IMG/VR virus record: IMGVR_UViG_3300033066_001594
Reading direction: 5' to 3' (one strand)
DNA from: an uncultured virus (IMG/VR IMGVR_UViG_3300033066_001594)
Lineage: Duplodnaviria; Heunggongvirae; Uroviricota; Caudoviricetes
DNA length: 64,000 nucleotides
How positions within the stretch are numbered: position 1 is the first letter of the stretch; each line of letters begins with the position of its first letter. The notes beneath the pieces are model-generated. The model did no database searches and was not told where the DNA came from. It was given only the letters and a program-made list of their open reading frames with translations. Shown here piece after piece: positions 55,951-64,000 of this stretch. The translations under genes and the position numbers were made by a program.

Positions 55951-58042
55951 GACGGCGGGCGTCGAGGGTCAGCAAATCTCCAACGCTCTGTGGGGCTCCA
56001 ATTACCAGCCCGACTCCAACGGATTCCTGAAGGACCCGCTCCTGCTGTCACTGGGCACGGGACTGGGGATTGCCGGCGGTTCGGCACTGGCCAAGTACCT
56101 CGGTCCGAAGAAAGATGTTCCGACGCGTCAGCAGCTCAGCCTGCTCAAGCAGCGTCAACAGGCCTTCAGCCAGGCCCTGCAGGGGTCCGGTGCCACGCCG
56201 CCGGCCAAGCTCGCAGCCGCTGTCATCGACAGGGCCTGTGAACTTGTCACCGAGAAGCGGGCGTTCTGGGAGTGGTATCTGCCCGGTGCCATGCTCGCAG
56301 GGACCGCCGCCTATGGGGCGAGCTACCCGCACTTCTACAAGAACAACGAAAGCTACATCCGGGCCAAGGCGATGCAGCGTGCCAAGAGCCGCATCCAGGC
56401 GGTCAAGCCGCCGGGCGTGCAGGTCGAGACGCTCAAGCCGGGTGAAACACCCGAACAGCTCAAGGCCTTGTCCACGTCTTCGGAAGATGTGGTGCCGATG
56501 CCGTCCGCCGACAAGCTCGCCGGCCTCCAGTACCTGGACGATCTGGACCTGTTCGCCGCCCTCTCGCATTCGCTGTACACCGCCGGTGCCCTGCAGCCGG
56601 ACGACAAGCCGCTCGTCGATCTGCTCGTGAAGACAGCGACACAGCGATACGCACGGACCGAGAAAACGGCCAGCGTGAAGCTGGCGTTCTCGGCCGAAGA
56701 ACTGCAGACGGTGCTGGACAACCCGAACGCCCAGCCGCAGCTTCTGTCCATGATCGACAAGCTGATGAAGCTCAAGCCCCAGGACTTTGCCGAATACGGC
56801 AGCACGCCGCAGGAGGTCGTCGCCTACATCAAAGACAAGATGTCGTACCCCTTCATGGGCAGCACGGTTGCGGACGCCCTCACGAAAAAGGTCGAGGCAA
56901 CGCCTGAAATCGCTTCTGACATCGCGAACCTCAGATCGACAGCAGGCTTACCCGCGGCGTCTCAGGCTCCTGCCGCACAGGCACAGGCGGGACAACAGGG
57001 CCAGCAGGGACAACAAGGACAGGACGGACAGCAGGGCCAAGGTGGCTTGAAGTCCAAGGCCATGGACTTGCTCATGGACCAGACACCGCAGGGTCTGCTC
57101 GGCATTCTGGGTGGTGCCGTGGGGATGGCCACAGACCATCCGATCCTCGGACTGCTCGCTATGGTGATGGGTGCGTTTGGTGCACCGGCCGTTTCCTTCC
57201 TGGCCAAGCAGTACCCGAACGTCGGCATCCTGCAGAAGGTCAACCAGTTCATGCAGGACACCACGCTTCGCAAGCTCGTGGACGGCTACCACGCCAAGAC
57301 GCAGGAAGCGATCAAGGGCGACGCACCCCCGACTCCTCCCACGACTCCTCCCACGACTCCGCCCACGACTCCGCCTACAACTCCACCCGCAGCTACTCCG
57401 CCTACGACTCCTGGCGGAGCGACGCCGTCGGCACCTGCAACAACCACACCGACGACGCCAGCCACACCACAACCGTCGGCTGGTCTACCGTCAGCGGCTA
57501 CACCGGCGACACAGACCACGGCAGCAGTGCCAGGTAGAGAGGTGAGACAGCCTGCTGAGGGGCCAACGCCCAATGTGAATCAACCTCCGACCACAGCAGC
57601 AACGCCAGGTCGAGAGGTGCGGCAGCCCGCTGAAGGGCCAACGCCCTCACTCTCTAGTCCTGGATCTGCGTCCCCGGATACGGGAAACCAGCAGCTACAG
57701 CCAGCAGGGGCTGCTCCTGCGGCCCCGGTGTCGATGCCAAAGCCACCGACGACCCCCAGTAAGGTTCCTGCACCGATGCCAGCGGCACCGCCGGCAGTTA
57801 AATCAGGCATACCGTCGCCGGCAGCGGTCCCGATGCCACCGAGCATGAAGAACATCATGTCGGGCATGCCCAAGATCGATGTTCCGGGCGGTGCTTCAGC
57901 GACAAGCCACGGCTCGTCGCTGGGTATGAAACAGATGACGGGCCAGGCCCCGGCGGCTTCGGCGACCACGTCGGTCCCGACGCCCAAGCTCAACCCGCTA
58001 CCCCACGGTGTCACGGGCCTTGGGCCTAAAGTCACCGCTTAA
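55895..58042 (+). CDS. putative virion protein with K-x-A motifs, hydrophobic hairpins and a Pro/Thr-rich tail
   Basis: KTAG, KLAA, KRAF, KLAG, KTAT, KTAS, KLAF; low-complexity C-terminus. Confidence 0.7.
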   Translation: MQPKLSPLRTLQSPRFLSKTAGVEGQQISNALWGSNYQPDSNGFLKDPLLLSLGTGLGIAGGSALAKYLGPKKDVPTRQQLSLLKQRQQAFSQALQGSGATPPAKLAAAVIDRACELVTEKRAFWEWYLPGAMLAGTAAYGASYPHFYKNNESYIRAKAMQRAKSRIQAVKPPGVQVETLKPGETPEQLKALSTSSEDVVPMPSADKLAGLQYLDDLDLFAALSHSLYTAGALQPDDKPLVDLLVKTATQRYARTEKTASVKLAFSAEELQTVLDNPNAQPQLLSMIDKLMKLKPQDFAEYGSTPQEVVAYIKDKMSYPFMGSTVADALTKKVEATPEIASDIANLRSTAGLPAASQAPAAQAQAGQQGQQGQQGQDGQQGQGGLKSKAMDLLMDQTPQGLLGILGGAVGMATDHPILGLLAMVMGAFGAPAVSFLAKQYPNVGILQKVNQFMQDTTLRKLVDGYHAKTQEAIKGDAPPTPPTTPPTTPPTTPPTTPPAATPPTTPGGATPSAPATTTPTTPATPQPSAGLPSAATPATQTTAAVPGREVRQPAEGPTPNVNQPPTTAATPGREVRQPAEGPTPSLSSPGSASPDTGNQQLQPAGAAPAAPVSMPKPPTTPSKVPAPMPAAPPAVKSGIPSPAAVPMPPSMKNIMSGMPKIDVPGGASATSHGSSLGMKQMTGQAPAASATTSVPTPKLNPLPHGVTGLGPKVTA
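57329..57412 (+). repeat. 12-bp tandem repeat encoding (PPTT)n
   Basis: CC(T/G)CC(C/T)AC(G/A)ACT-type units. Confidence 0.75.
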
Positions 58043-58070
58043 TGGCCGCTTCCAGTAAGCTGGAAGGACC

Positions 58071-61000
58071 ATGGCAAGTCAACCACTCAGCCCACAACAC
58101 GATGCACCGGCTCCCATTGAGCCGGTGCATCGTGATTTCCTGGATGTACCGTCCACCCGTCAGGGCCTGTTTGACGGCGTGATCGGGTCGATTAAGACCA
58201 GTTACCCGGTGTCGAACAACCAGTTCGAGCTGCACATCGAGAATCCCAAGTACACGGCGACGCCCAAGTACAGCATCGCCGACCAGAAAAACGCGATCCT
58301 CAAGCAGCAGAGCCTGACCTGGCCGATCAAGGGCGACTGGGTGCTGAAGGACAAGCAGGGTCAGGAGATCCACCGCGTCAAGAACAAGCTGATCGCCCGC
58401 GTGCCGTACATGACCGATCGCGGTACGTTCATCTACAACGGCACCGAGTGGACGGTCTCGAACCAGCAGCGGCTGCGTTCAGGTGCCTACGCCCGCCAGA
58501 AGGAGAACGGTGACCTGGAGAACCACGTCAACCTGATCCCCGGCACGGGCAAGAGCTTCCGCCTGCACATGGAGCCTGACACTGGTGTGTTCAAGATCCA
58601 GGTCGAGCAGAGCCACATGCCCCTCTTCCCGGTGCTGCGTGCACTGGGTGCCTCTCCGAAGGACTTTATCGATCACTGGGGTCACGACCTGTACATGGCC
58701 AACGCCCGGCAGGGAGATCCGCAGACCGTTGCCAAGGTGTTCGGCAAGCTGGCCCGCACCGCACAGCTCGAACAGTTCAAGCATGACCCGGCCCTTGGCA
58801 TCCGCGAGATCTTCGCCAAGGCGGGACTCGACCCGGAGGTGAGTCAGCGGAACCTGGGGGCCCCGCACGCCAGCGTGGACGCACCCATGCTGCTGGCGGC
58901 CACGCGGAAGCTCCTGCACATTCACCAGGGCAAGGCCGAGCCGGACGACCGCGACTCGCAGGCCAATCAGACGGTGCACGGCCCGGAGGACCTGTTCGCC
59001 GAACGCATCACCAAGGACTCGGGACGCATCGCCAAGCAGCTCCTGTGGAAGGCGACGCACAACCGCAACCTCAACCACATCTCCTCGTCAGCCTTGACGC
59101 CGCAGCTCAACTCGGTGCTGCTGACCAGCGGCCTGGGTTCCCCGCTGTCAGAAATCAACCCCGTCGAGATCCTCGACCAGCTGGCTCGCGTGTCGCGTCT
59201 TGGTGACGGCGGCATGGGTTCGAGCGACGCCATTCCCATGGAGGCTCGCAGCGTCCAGCCCTCGCAGATGGGCTACATCGATGTCGTGGCCGGCCCCGAG
59301 TCAGGAAACATCGGTGTCGACACCCGTGCGGCGTGGGGTACGCGGAAGGGCAAGGACAACCTCCTCTACCAGCAGATGATCAACGTCCGGACGGGCAAGC
59401 CCGAGTACCGCTCGGCACGCGACACCGTTCACAGTGTGCTGGCGTTCCCCGGTGAGATGGAGAAGAACTCCTCGTCGGTCCGAGCCATGGTCGACGGCCG
59501 CATGACGTACGTGCCGAAAGAAAAAGTGGACTACGTGGTGCCCAGTGGCAACCACATGTTCGCGTTGACGACCAACCTCATTCCCGGCCTCTCCGGCATC
59601 AAGGGCGGCCGTGCTCTGATGGGTGCCAAGATGGTCAAGCAGGCTCTGCCCATGGTCAACGCCGAGGCCCCGCTCGTGCAGTCGGCTCACCCGGATGGCG
59701 GGAGTTTCCACGAACACCTGGGACGGTTGATGGGGACGGTGCATGCCGCGACCGACGGAATTGTCCAACGTGTTGGACGAGATTCGATTCACGTCCGCCA
59801 CGCCGACGGCTCGCTCAAAGAGCACGAGTTGTATGACAACTTTCCGTTCAATGCCAAGAGCGTCAGCGGCAACAGCCTGGTCGAAGTAAGGAAGAAAAAT
59901 AAAAAGGTTTGGACGGGGGCGATCCAGGACTACGTATCTCAGGAAGGAGATTTTGTTCGGTCCATTCATCCCGTAACACACCAGTCCGCGTGGATGCCAA
60001 TCACAGGGTTCATAAAACACAGGAACGATAAAAAGCTGTACCGCATTACAACTGCATCCGGTCGTCACGTGGTTGTAACCGAAGACCACAGCTTAGTTAC
60101 TGTTGGAGACGCCGGTCAGCTCGTGTCCGTATTTCCTAAGGATTGTGTGGTGGGTGAGACTAGACTCCCCGTCGCCACGATTCCTAATACGACAACCCTG
60201 TTTGATTGGTCCTACGATTTAGGCGTGGTTGCTGGCTTGTACCTCTCTGAAGGTCACATTCCAAAAGCTCAACCGAACCTGATTAATATCGCGGTCGCTC
60301 CTGATGTTAGAGCTGCTGAAGTAAAGGAGTTGCTTATTCGGGTTAGTACGAGCGGACGTAAGCCATTCCGGAATGGGGGCAGCGTTTGTCTGACTGACGT
60401 AAACCTGTCTAAATGGTTACAGCAACACTTCGGACGAATGTCTCATTTCAAGTTTGTGTCAGACGCGGTTCTTAATGCCCCAGAGCCGTTCCGTCGCGGA
60501 CTCGTCAACGGGTACATGGGCGGGGATGGTACTCTAGCCATCGACAGCAATAACGCCGTCCAGATCAACGCTTACAGTATGTCGAGGAATCTGCGTGACG
60601 GCCTGGTACGTGTCCTAGCGTCATTGTCTGTGTTCTGCTCTGTAGACGACAGTCGATCGTCCCCAGAAGGTCCGGTTTACGGCTTTCGAGTCATCTCATC
60701 TCACCTGACGAAGCTGGACCGATGGTTCTGTTACGAAGACCGACACGTCAAGTTCCAGGCCACTACCAGCAAGACGTACCGATCATCCCCCTACTCTGCG
60801 ATTCCTGTGCCAAAATCTCGTAAGGCTCGTAAAGCCCTCTACACGGACAACAAGCCAAACATGTTTGTGTACAAAACAGCGAGTCTAGGTTTTGTTGCGA
60901 AGGAGCGTGTAGCTAAGTTCAAAGGCCCATACGGACGCTGGGGCCGATCCGACGTTATGTGGGACATGATCACAGACATTTCGCCCGTACCGCACGAGGA

Positions 61001-64000
61001 TTATGTTTACGACTTTTCTGTGGGCGGATCTGAGAACTTTGCTGTAAATCACGGTCTAGTTGTTCACAACACGTTTGTGCACAGCACGCCGGTCGTCAAG
61101 CCGGGCGATCCGGTCACCGCCGGTCAGCTCCTGGCCAAGAGCAACTACACCAACGACAAAGGCGAGCTGGCACTGGGCCTGAATTTCAAGACCGGGTACA
61201 TGCCGTACCAGTCGGAGCACGGCTCTGTGGCCGCTGACACCCACGTGCTGTGGTACGACAGCGACAATCAGCCACATTTCGGACCTGTTGAGACTGTAAG
61301 TGACGCTGTTAAAGCGTTAGCGTTAGATCCTAGATCACTTAAGACGTCTCCCCTCGGGATCACTAAGCTGTGGGCTCACCCGCCAACTGGCGGTATGTCT
61401 GAAGTGATTACATCCTCCGGTCGACGTGTAGTCGCAACTGATAACCACAGCTTCGTAACTTTGAACGATGACGGGCAACTTGTGGAGTCTAAAACTACGG
61501 GACTCACACCCAAGGTGTCTTGGATTCCTCGTCTCGGGCGGGTTGACCTGCCCGTAACAACTACAACGGCAGAGCTTGGATCCAAGACGTTGCCTGCGAT
61601 TGTGCTTCCGCTGTCCGCCGATTTAGGATTTGTTGTTGGCATGTATCTCGCTGAAGGATACGTGCGGCTACACAAAAACGTCGACTTCGCGGTCACTGAT
61701 CCTTTACTCCGTGTCCATCTTGTGGGGGCACTTCAACGGTTGTTACCGCACGCGACGATCTCAGACAAGCCTCAGAATCCTTACATTCGTGTGTACTGTT
61801 CTCGCCTTGCTCAGTGGCTGGAACAGACCTGTGGAAAGCTCGCACAGCGAAAGTTTGTGCCTGGTGCTGCTTTTGGGGCTCCTTTGGTGTTCCGTCTAAG
61901 CCTCCTCGCAGGTTTCTGGGCAGGCGATGGTCGTGTCTCGAGCAAACAGTCAGTACCGACAGACACTGACACCCTTATCACGTCAAAGAGACTCCGTGAC
62001 GGTCTGGGATTACTTTTCGCCAGCGTGGGTATTAGCACCACGCACGGCCAGTACACCGATGCTGCTTACTCGGAAGGGGTTGTGTACCGCCTTGGCATTA
62101 GCTGCCGTGACTTGAATAAATTTCCTACATTCCCGCACTCAGTTAAAGCGGCTCGTCTTGATGAGATCGTGCGTAGTTACAAGGGCTGTGGGTCTGCAGA
62201 TCACGTTCCTATCCCGCGTAATGCTGCAAAGGCGTACCAACAATGTGGACGGGGGCAAGGTCGTCGGGTCTACAACCGCCTCCAGGCTCAGGCCAAGGCG
62301 AGCACTGCTAATAGAGACGACGTATTGCGGTACGTGCCGGCTGATTCTCAAGACCCAGCACTCCAAGCTCTTCGACGGTTGGCTATCTCACCTATCGAGT
62401 GGGATCGCATTGAGTCTATTCAACCTAAGACCTACGTGGGGCTGGTTTATGACTTCGACATGGCTCCACTTCGTACGTTTGTTTGTGTTGATACGCTGGT
62501 AGTCCACAACTCCAACTACGAGGATGCCATCGTCATCAGCGAGGCGGCTGCCAAGCGTCTGACCAGCGAGCACATGAAGCAGCAGACGTACGACCCGTCT
62601 GCCGAGGGCGTGAAGGTCGACCGCAATCACTACCTCTCGGTCTTCCCGACCAAGTTCAACCGGGATCAGCTCAACAGCATCGGGGACGACGGTGTGGTCA
62701 AGCCCGGCACGCGGGTGACCCACGGCGATCCGCTGGTCCTGTCGGTCAAGACCAAGAAGCCGCAGCAGGGCATGAGTGCGTTGCACCGTCACAACAAGAG
62801 CTATACCAACGACGACGCCCTCACCTGGACGTTCAAGCACCCGGGCGTCGTGACCGACGTGCACCACGGTAACGACGGCATCAAGGTGACGGTCAAGAGC
62901 TATCACTCGATGCAGGTCGGCGACAAGCTTTCCGGTGCTTTCGGCGACAAGGGCGTGTGCGGGGCCATCGTCCCGGACGACCAGATGCCACGCGGCAGCG
63001 ACGGCCAGCCTCTCGAGGTCCTGCTCAACCCGCTCGGGGCGATTACCCGCACCAACCCCAGCCAGTTGATCGAGGCGGCACTGGGCAAGGTCGCGGCCAA
63101 GACCGGCAAGAAATACGTCCTGCCGTCGTTCGGCACCGATCTGCTCAAGTACGCCATGAGCGAGCTGGAGAAGAACGGCCTCAGCGACACCGACAAGGTG
63201 TACGACCCGCACACCCGGCGGACCAACGAGGTCTTCACCGGCAACCGGTTTCTCTACAAGCTGTACCACGAGGCAGAATCCAAGGAGACGGGCCGATCGG
63301 ACGCCGGCAGCTACACGAGTGAAGGTCAGCCGGCCAAGACCAAGGAAGAGTCGGCCAAGCGACTGGGCCTGCTCGACATGAACGCCCTGATCTCTCACGG
63401 CGTGCCTGCCGTCATCCGCGACAGCAAGCTGGTCCGCGGCCAGCGGAATGACGCCTACTGGGCAGCCTTCCGGTCCGGCCAGACGCCGCCGGCACCCGAG
63501 ACGCCGTTCATCTACAACAAGTGGCTTGCCCACCTGCAGGGGTCAGGCGTTCACATTCGTGACACGGCCCACGGCCTGCAGCTCATGGCCATGCGTGACA
63601 AGGACGTCGACCAGCTCTCACGGGGTGCTCTGACCCACGGCGACTCGGTGAGTCTCAAGGACAACAAGCCCATTCCTGGTGGCTTGTTCGACGTCGGACT
63701 GACGGGTGGTCACCACGGGCAGAATTGGACACACCTGGACCTGAGCGAGCCGATTCCCAACCCGGTGATGGAAGAGCCGGTCCGTCGGCTGCTCGGCCTG
63801 ACACAGAAGGAGTTCGAACAGCGGCTCGCGTCCCCGGAAGGGACCCACTGGTTCAAGGACAAGCTCGCGTCACTGGACGTCGATAAGGAGATCACCAGCC
63901 AGCGTCGACTGATCGAATCAGGCCGCAGGTCCAAGCGTGACGAGGCGGTCAAGAAGCTGGGCTACCTGACCACGCTCAAGCAGACAGGTATCAAGCCCCA
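58071..64000 (+). CDS. rpoBC: DNA-directed RNA polymerase beta-beta' fusion with two inteins (3' truncated by the window end)
   Basis: Single frame translated by hand with no stop. RpoB motifs: VPYMTDRGTFIYNG, RALMGAKMVKQA, GELALG, NYEDAIVIS, GDKLSGAFGDKG, LLNPLG, YKLYH. RpoC N-terminal motifs follow: KPIPGGLFD, HLDLSEP, TLKQTGIKP. Confidence 0.93.
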   Translation, partial: MASQPLSPQHDAPAPIEPVHRDFLDVPSTRQGLFDGVIGSIKTSYPVSNNQFELHIENPKYTATPKYSIADQKNAILKQQSLTWPIKGDWVLKDKQGQEIHRVKNKLIARVPYMTDRGTFIYNGTEWTVSNQQRLRSGAYARQKENGDLENHVNLIPGTGKSFRLHMEPDTGVFKIQVEQSHMPLFPVLRALGASPKDFIDHWGHDLYMANARQGDPQTVAKVFGKLARTAQLEQFKHDPALGIREIFAKAGLDPEVSQRNLGAPHASVDAPMLLAATRKLLHIHQGKAEPDDRDSQANQTVHGPEDLFAERITKDSGRIAKQLLWKATHNRNLNHISSSALTPQLNSVLLTSGLGSPLSEINPVEILDQLARVSRLGDGGMGSSDAIPMEARSVQPSQMGYIDVVAGPESGNIGVDTRAAWGTRKGKDNLLYQQMINVRTGKPEYRSARDTVHSVLAFPGEMEKNSSSVRAMVDGRMTYVPKEKVDYVVPSGNHMFALTTNLIPGLSGIKGGRALMGAKMVKQALPMVNAEAPLVQSAHPDGGSFHEHLGRLMGTVHAATDGIVQRVGRDSIHVRHADGSLKEHELYDNFPFNAKSVSGNSLVEVRKKNKKVWTGAIQDYVSQEGDFVRSIHPVTHQSAWMPITGFIKHRNDKKLYRITTASGRHVVVTEDHSLVTVGDAGQLVSVFPKDCVVGETRLPVATIPNTTTLFDWSYDLGVVAGLYLSEGHIPKAQPNLINIAVAPDVRAAEVKELLIRVSTSGRKPFRNGGSVCLTDVNLSKWLQQHFGRMSHFKFVSDAVLNAPEPFRRGLVNGYMGGDGTLAIDSNNAVQINAYSMSRNLRDGLVRVLASLSVFCSVDDSRSSPEGPVYGFRVISSHLTKLDRWFCYEDRHVKFQATTSKTYRSSPYSAIPVPKSRKARKALYTDNKPNMFVYKTASLGFVAKERVAKFKGPYGRWGRSDVMWDMITDISPVPHEDYVYDFSVGGSENFAVNHGLVVHNTFVHSTPVVKPGDPVTAGQLLAKSNYTNDKGELALGLNFKTGYMPYQSEHGSVAADTHVLWYDSDNQPHFGPVETVSDAVKALALDPRSLKTSPLGITKLWAHPPTGGMSEVITSSGRRVVATDNHSFVTLNDDGQLVESKTTGLTPKVSWIPRLGRVDLPVTTTTAELGSKTLPAIVLPLSADLGFVVGMYLAEGYVRLHKNVDFAVTDPLLRVHLVGALQRLLPHATISDKPQNPYIRVYCSRLAQWLEQTCGKLAQRKFVPGAAFGAPLVFRLSLLAGFWAGDGRVSSKQSVPTDTDTLITSKRLRDGLGLLFASVGISTTHGQYTDAAYSEGVVYRLGISCRDLNKFPTFPHSVKAARLDEIVRSYKGCGSADHVPIPRNAAKAYQQCGRGQGRRVYNRLQAQAKASTANRDDVLRYVPADSQDPALQALRRLAISPIEWDRIESIQPKTYVGLVYDFDMAPLRTFVCVDTLVVHNSNYEDAIVISEAAAKRLTSEHMKQQTYDPSAEGVKVDRNHYLSVFPTKFNRDQLNSIGDDGVVKPGTRVTHGDPLVLSVKTKKPQQGMSALHRHNKSYTNDDALTWTFKHPGVVTDVHHGNDGIKVTVKSYHSMQVGDKLSGAFGDKGVCGAIVPDDQMPRGSDGQPLEVLLNPLGAITRTNPSQLIEAALGKVAAKTGKKYVLPSFGTDLLKYAMSELEKNGLSDTDKVYDPHTRRTNEVFTGNRFLYKLYHEAESKETGRSDAGSYTSEGQPAKTKEESAKRLGLLDMNALISHGVPAVIRDSKLVRGQRNDAYWAAFRSGQTPPAPETPFIYNKWLAHLQGSGVHIRDTAHGLQLMAMRDKDVDQLSRGALTHGDSVSLKDNKPIPGGLFDVGLTGGHHGQNWTHLDLSEPIPNPVMEEPVRRLLGLTQKEFEQRLASPEGTHWFKDKLASLDVDKEITSQRRLIESGRRSKRDEAVKKLGYLTTLKQTGIKP
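59859..61070 (+). mobile_element. intein 1 (404 aa) with LAGLIDADG homing endonuclease
   Basis: Starts SVSGNS; TEDH block B; GLYLSEG and NGYMGGDG; ends VYDF...LVVHN|T; lower third-position GC than the exteins. Confidence 0.9.
61224..62510 (+). mobile_element. intein 2 (429 aa) with LAGLIDADG homing endonuclease
   Basis: Starts SVAADT; TDNH block B; GMYLAEG and AGFWAGDG; ends VYDF...LVVHN|S. Confidence 0.9.

Noticed and set aside
57531..57650. Duplicated PGREVRQPAEGPTP segment as a DGR template/variable repeat pair
   Set aside because: Both copies are in frame in one low-complexity tail, differ only at synonymous positions, and no reverse transcriptase is present.
1..64000. Long minus-strand ORFs in the track (e.g. 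13740..15152, 25712..26677, 49000..50067, 62388..63533)
   Set aside because: They are antisense shadows of GC-rich + strand genes, with no motifs or RBS. Only 34874..36040 has independent support.
58071..64000. Host chromosomal rpoBC (e.g. a Helicobacter/Wolbachia-type fusion)
   Set aside because: Too divergent at universal motifs, lacks the beta' Zn domain, has no rplJ/rplL upstream and sits in phage-like gene context.
1..64000. CRISPR array, tRNA or rRNA genes
   Set aside because: No regularly spaced repeat-spacer units or cloverleaf sequences seen. The TTCGAATC near 40326 is part of a simple hairpin.
1..64000. Stop-codon reassignment
   Set aside because: TGA, TAA and TAG all end genes at tight junctions, and the long genes are uninterrupted under code 11.

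Overview
This 64 kb window looks like part of a large, GC-rich tailed-phage genome. About 115 tightly packed genes lie on the + strand, often with ATGA/GTGA overlaps; only one convincing gene is on the - strand. Bases 1-47 kb are mostly small unknown accessory genes. Recognisable members include a MazG-like pyrophosphohydrolase, a P22 gp17-like protein, a C39-like peptidase, two TIM-barrel glycoside hydrolases, a PAPS-reductase-family protein, NAD-dependent DNA ligase, DUF1653, a CsrA-like protein, a Tad1-like anti-Thoeris sponge and a PEP-CTERM-tailed protein. Bases 47-58 kb form a probable virion module: a portal-like gene, then glycine-zipper proteins punctuated by K-x-A motifs, one of which encloses a 2H phosphoesterase (Acb1-like) domain. 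From 58071 to the window end runs an ORF that the supplied track missed because it has no stop codon here. It encodes a divergent multisubunit RNA polymerase with beta fused in frame to beta', interrupted by two related LAGLIDADG inteins. Two window-wide signals stand out: the palindrome TCCAACGCGTTGGA recurs roughly every 8-12 kb, and GCGC appears to be absent. No tRNA, rRNA or CRISPR array was seen. All family assignments come from motif recognition by eye, not database searches.
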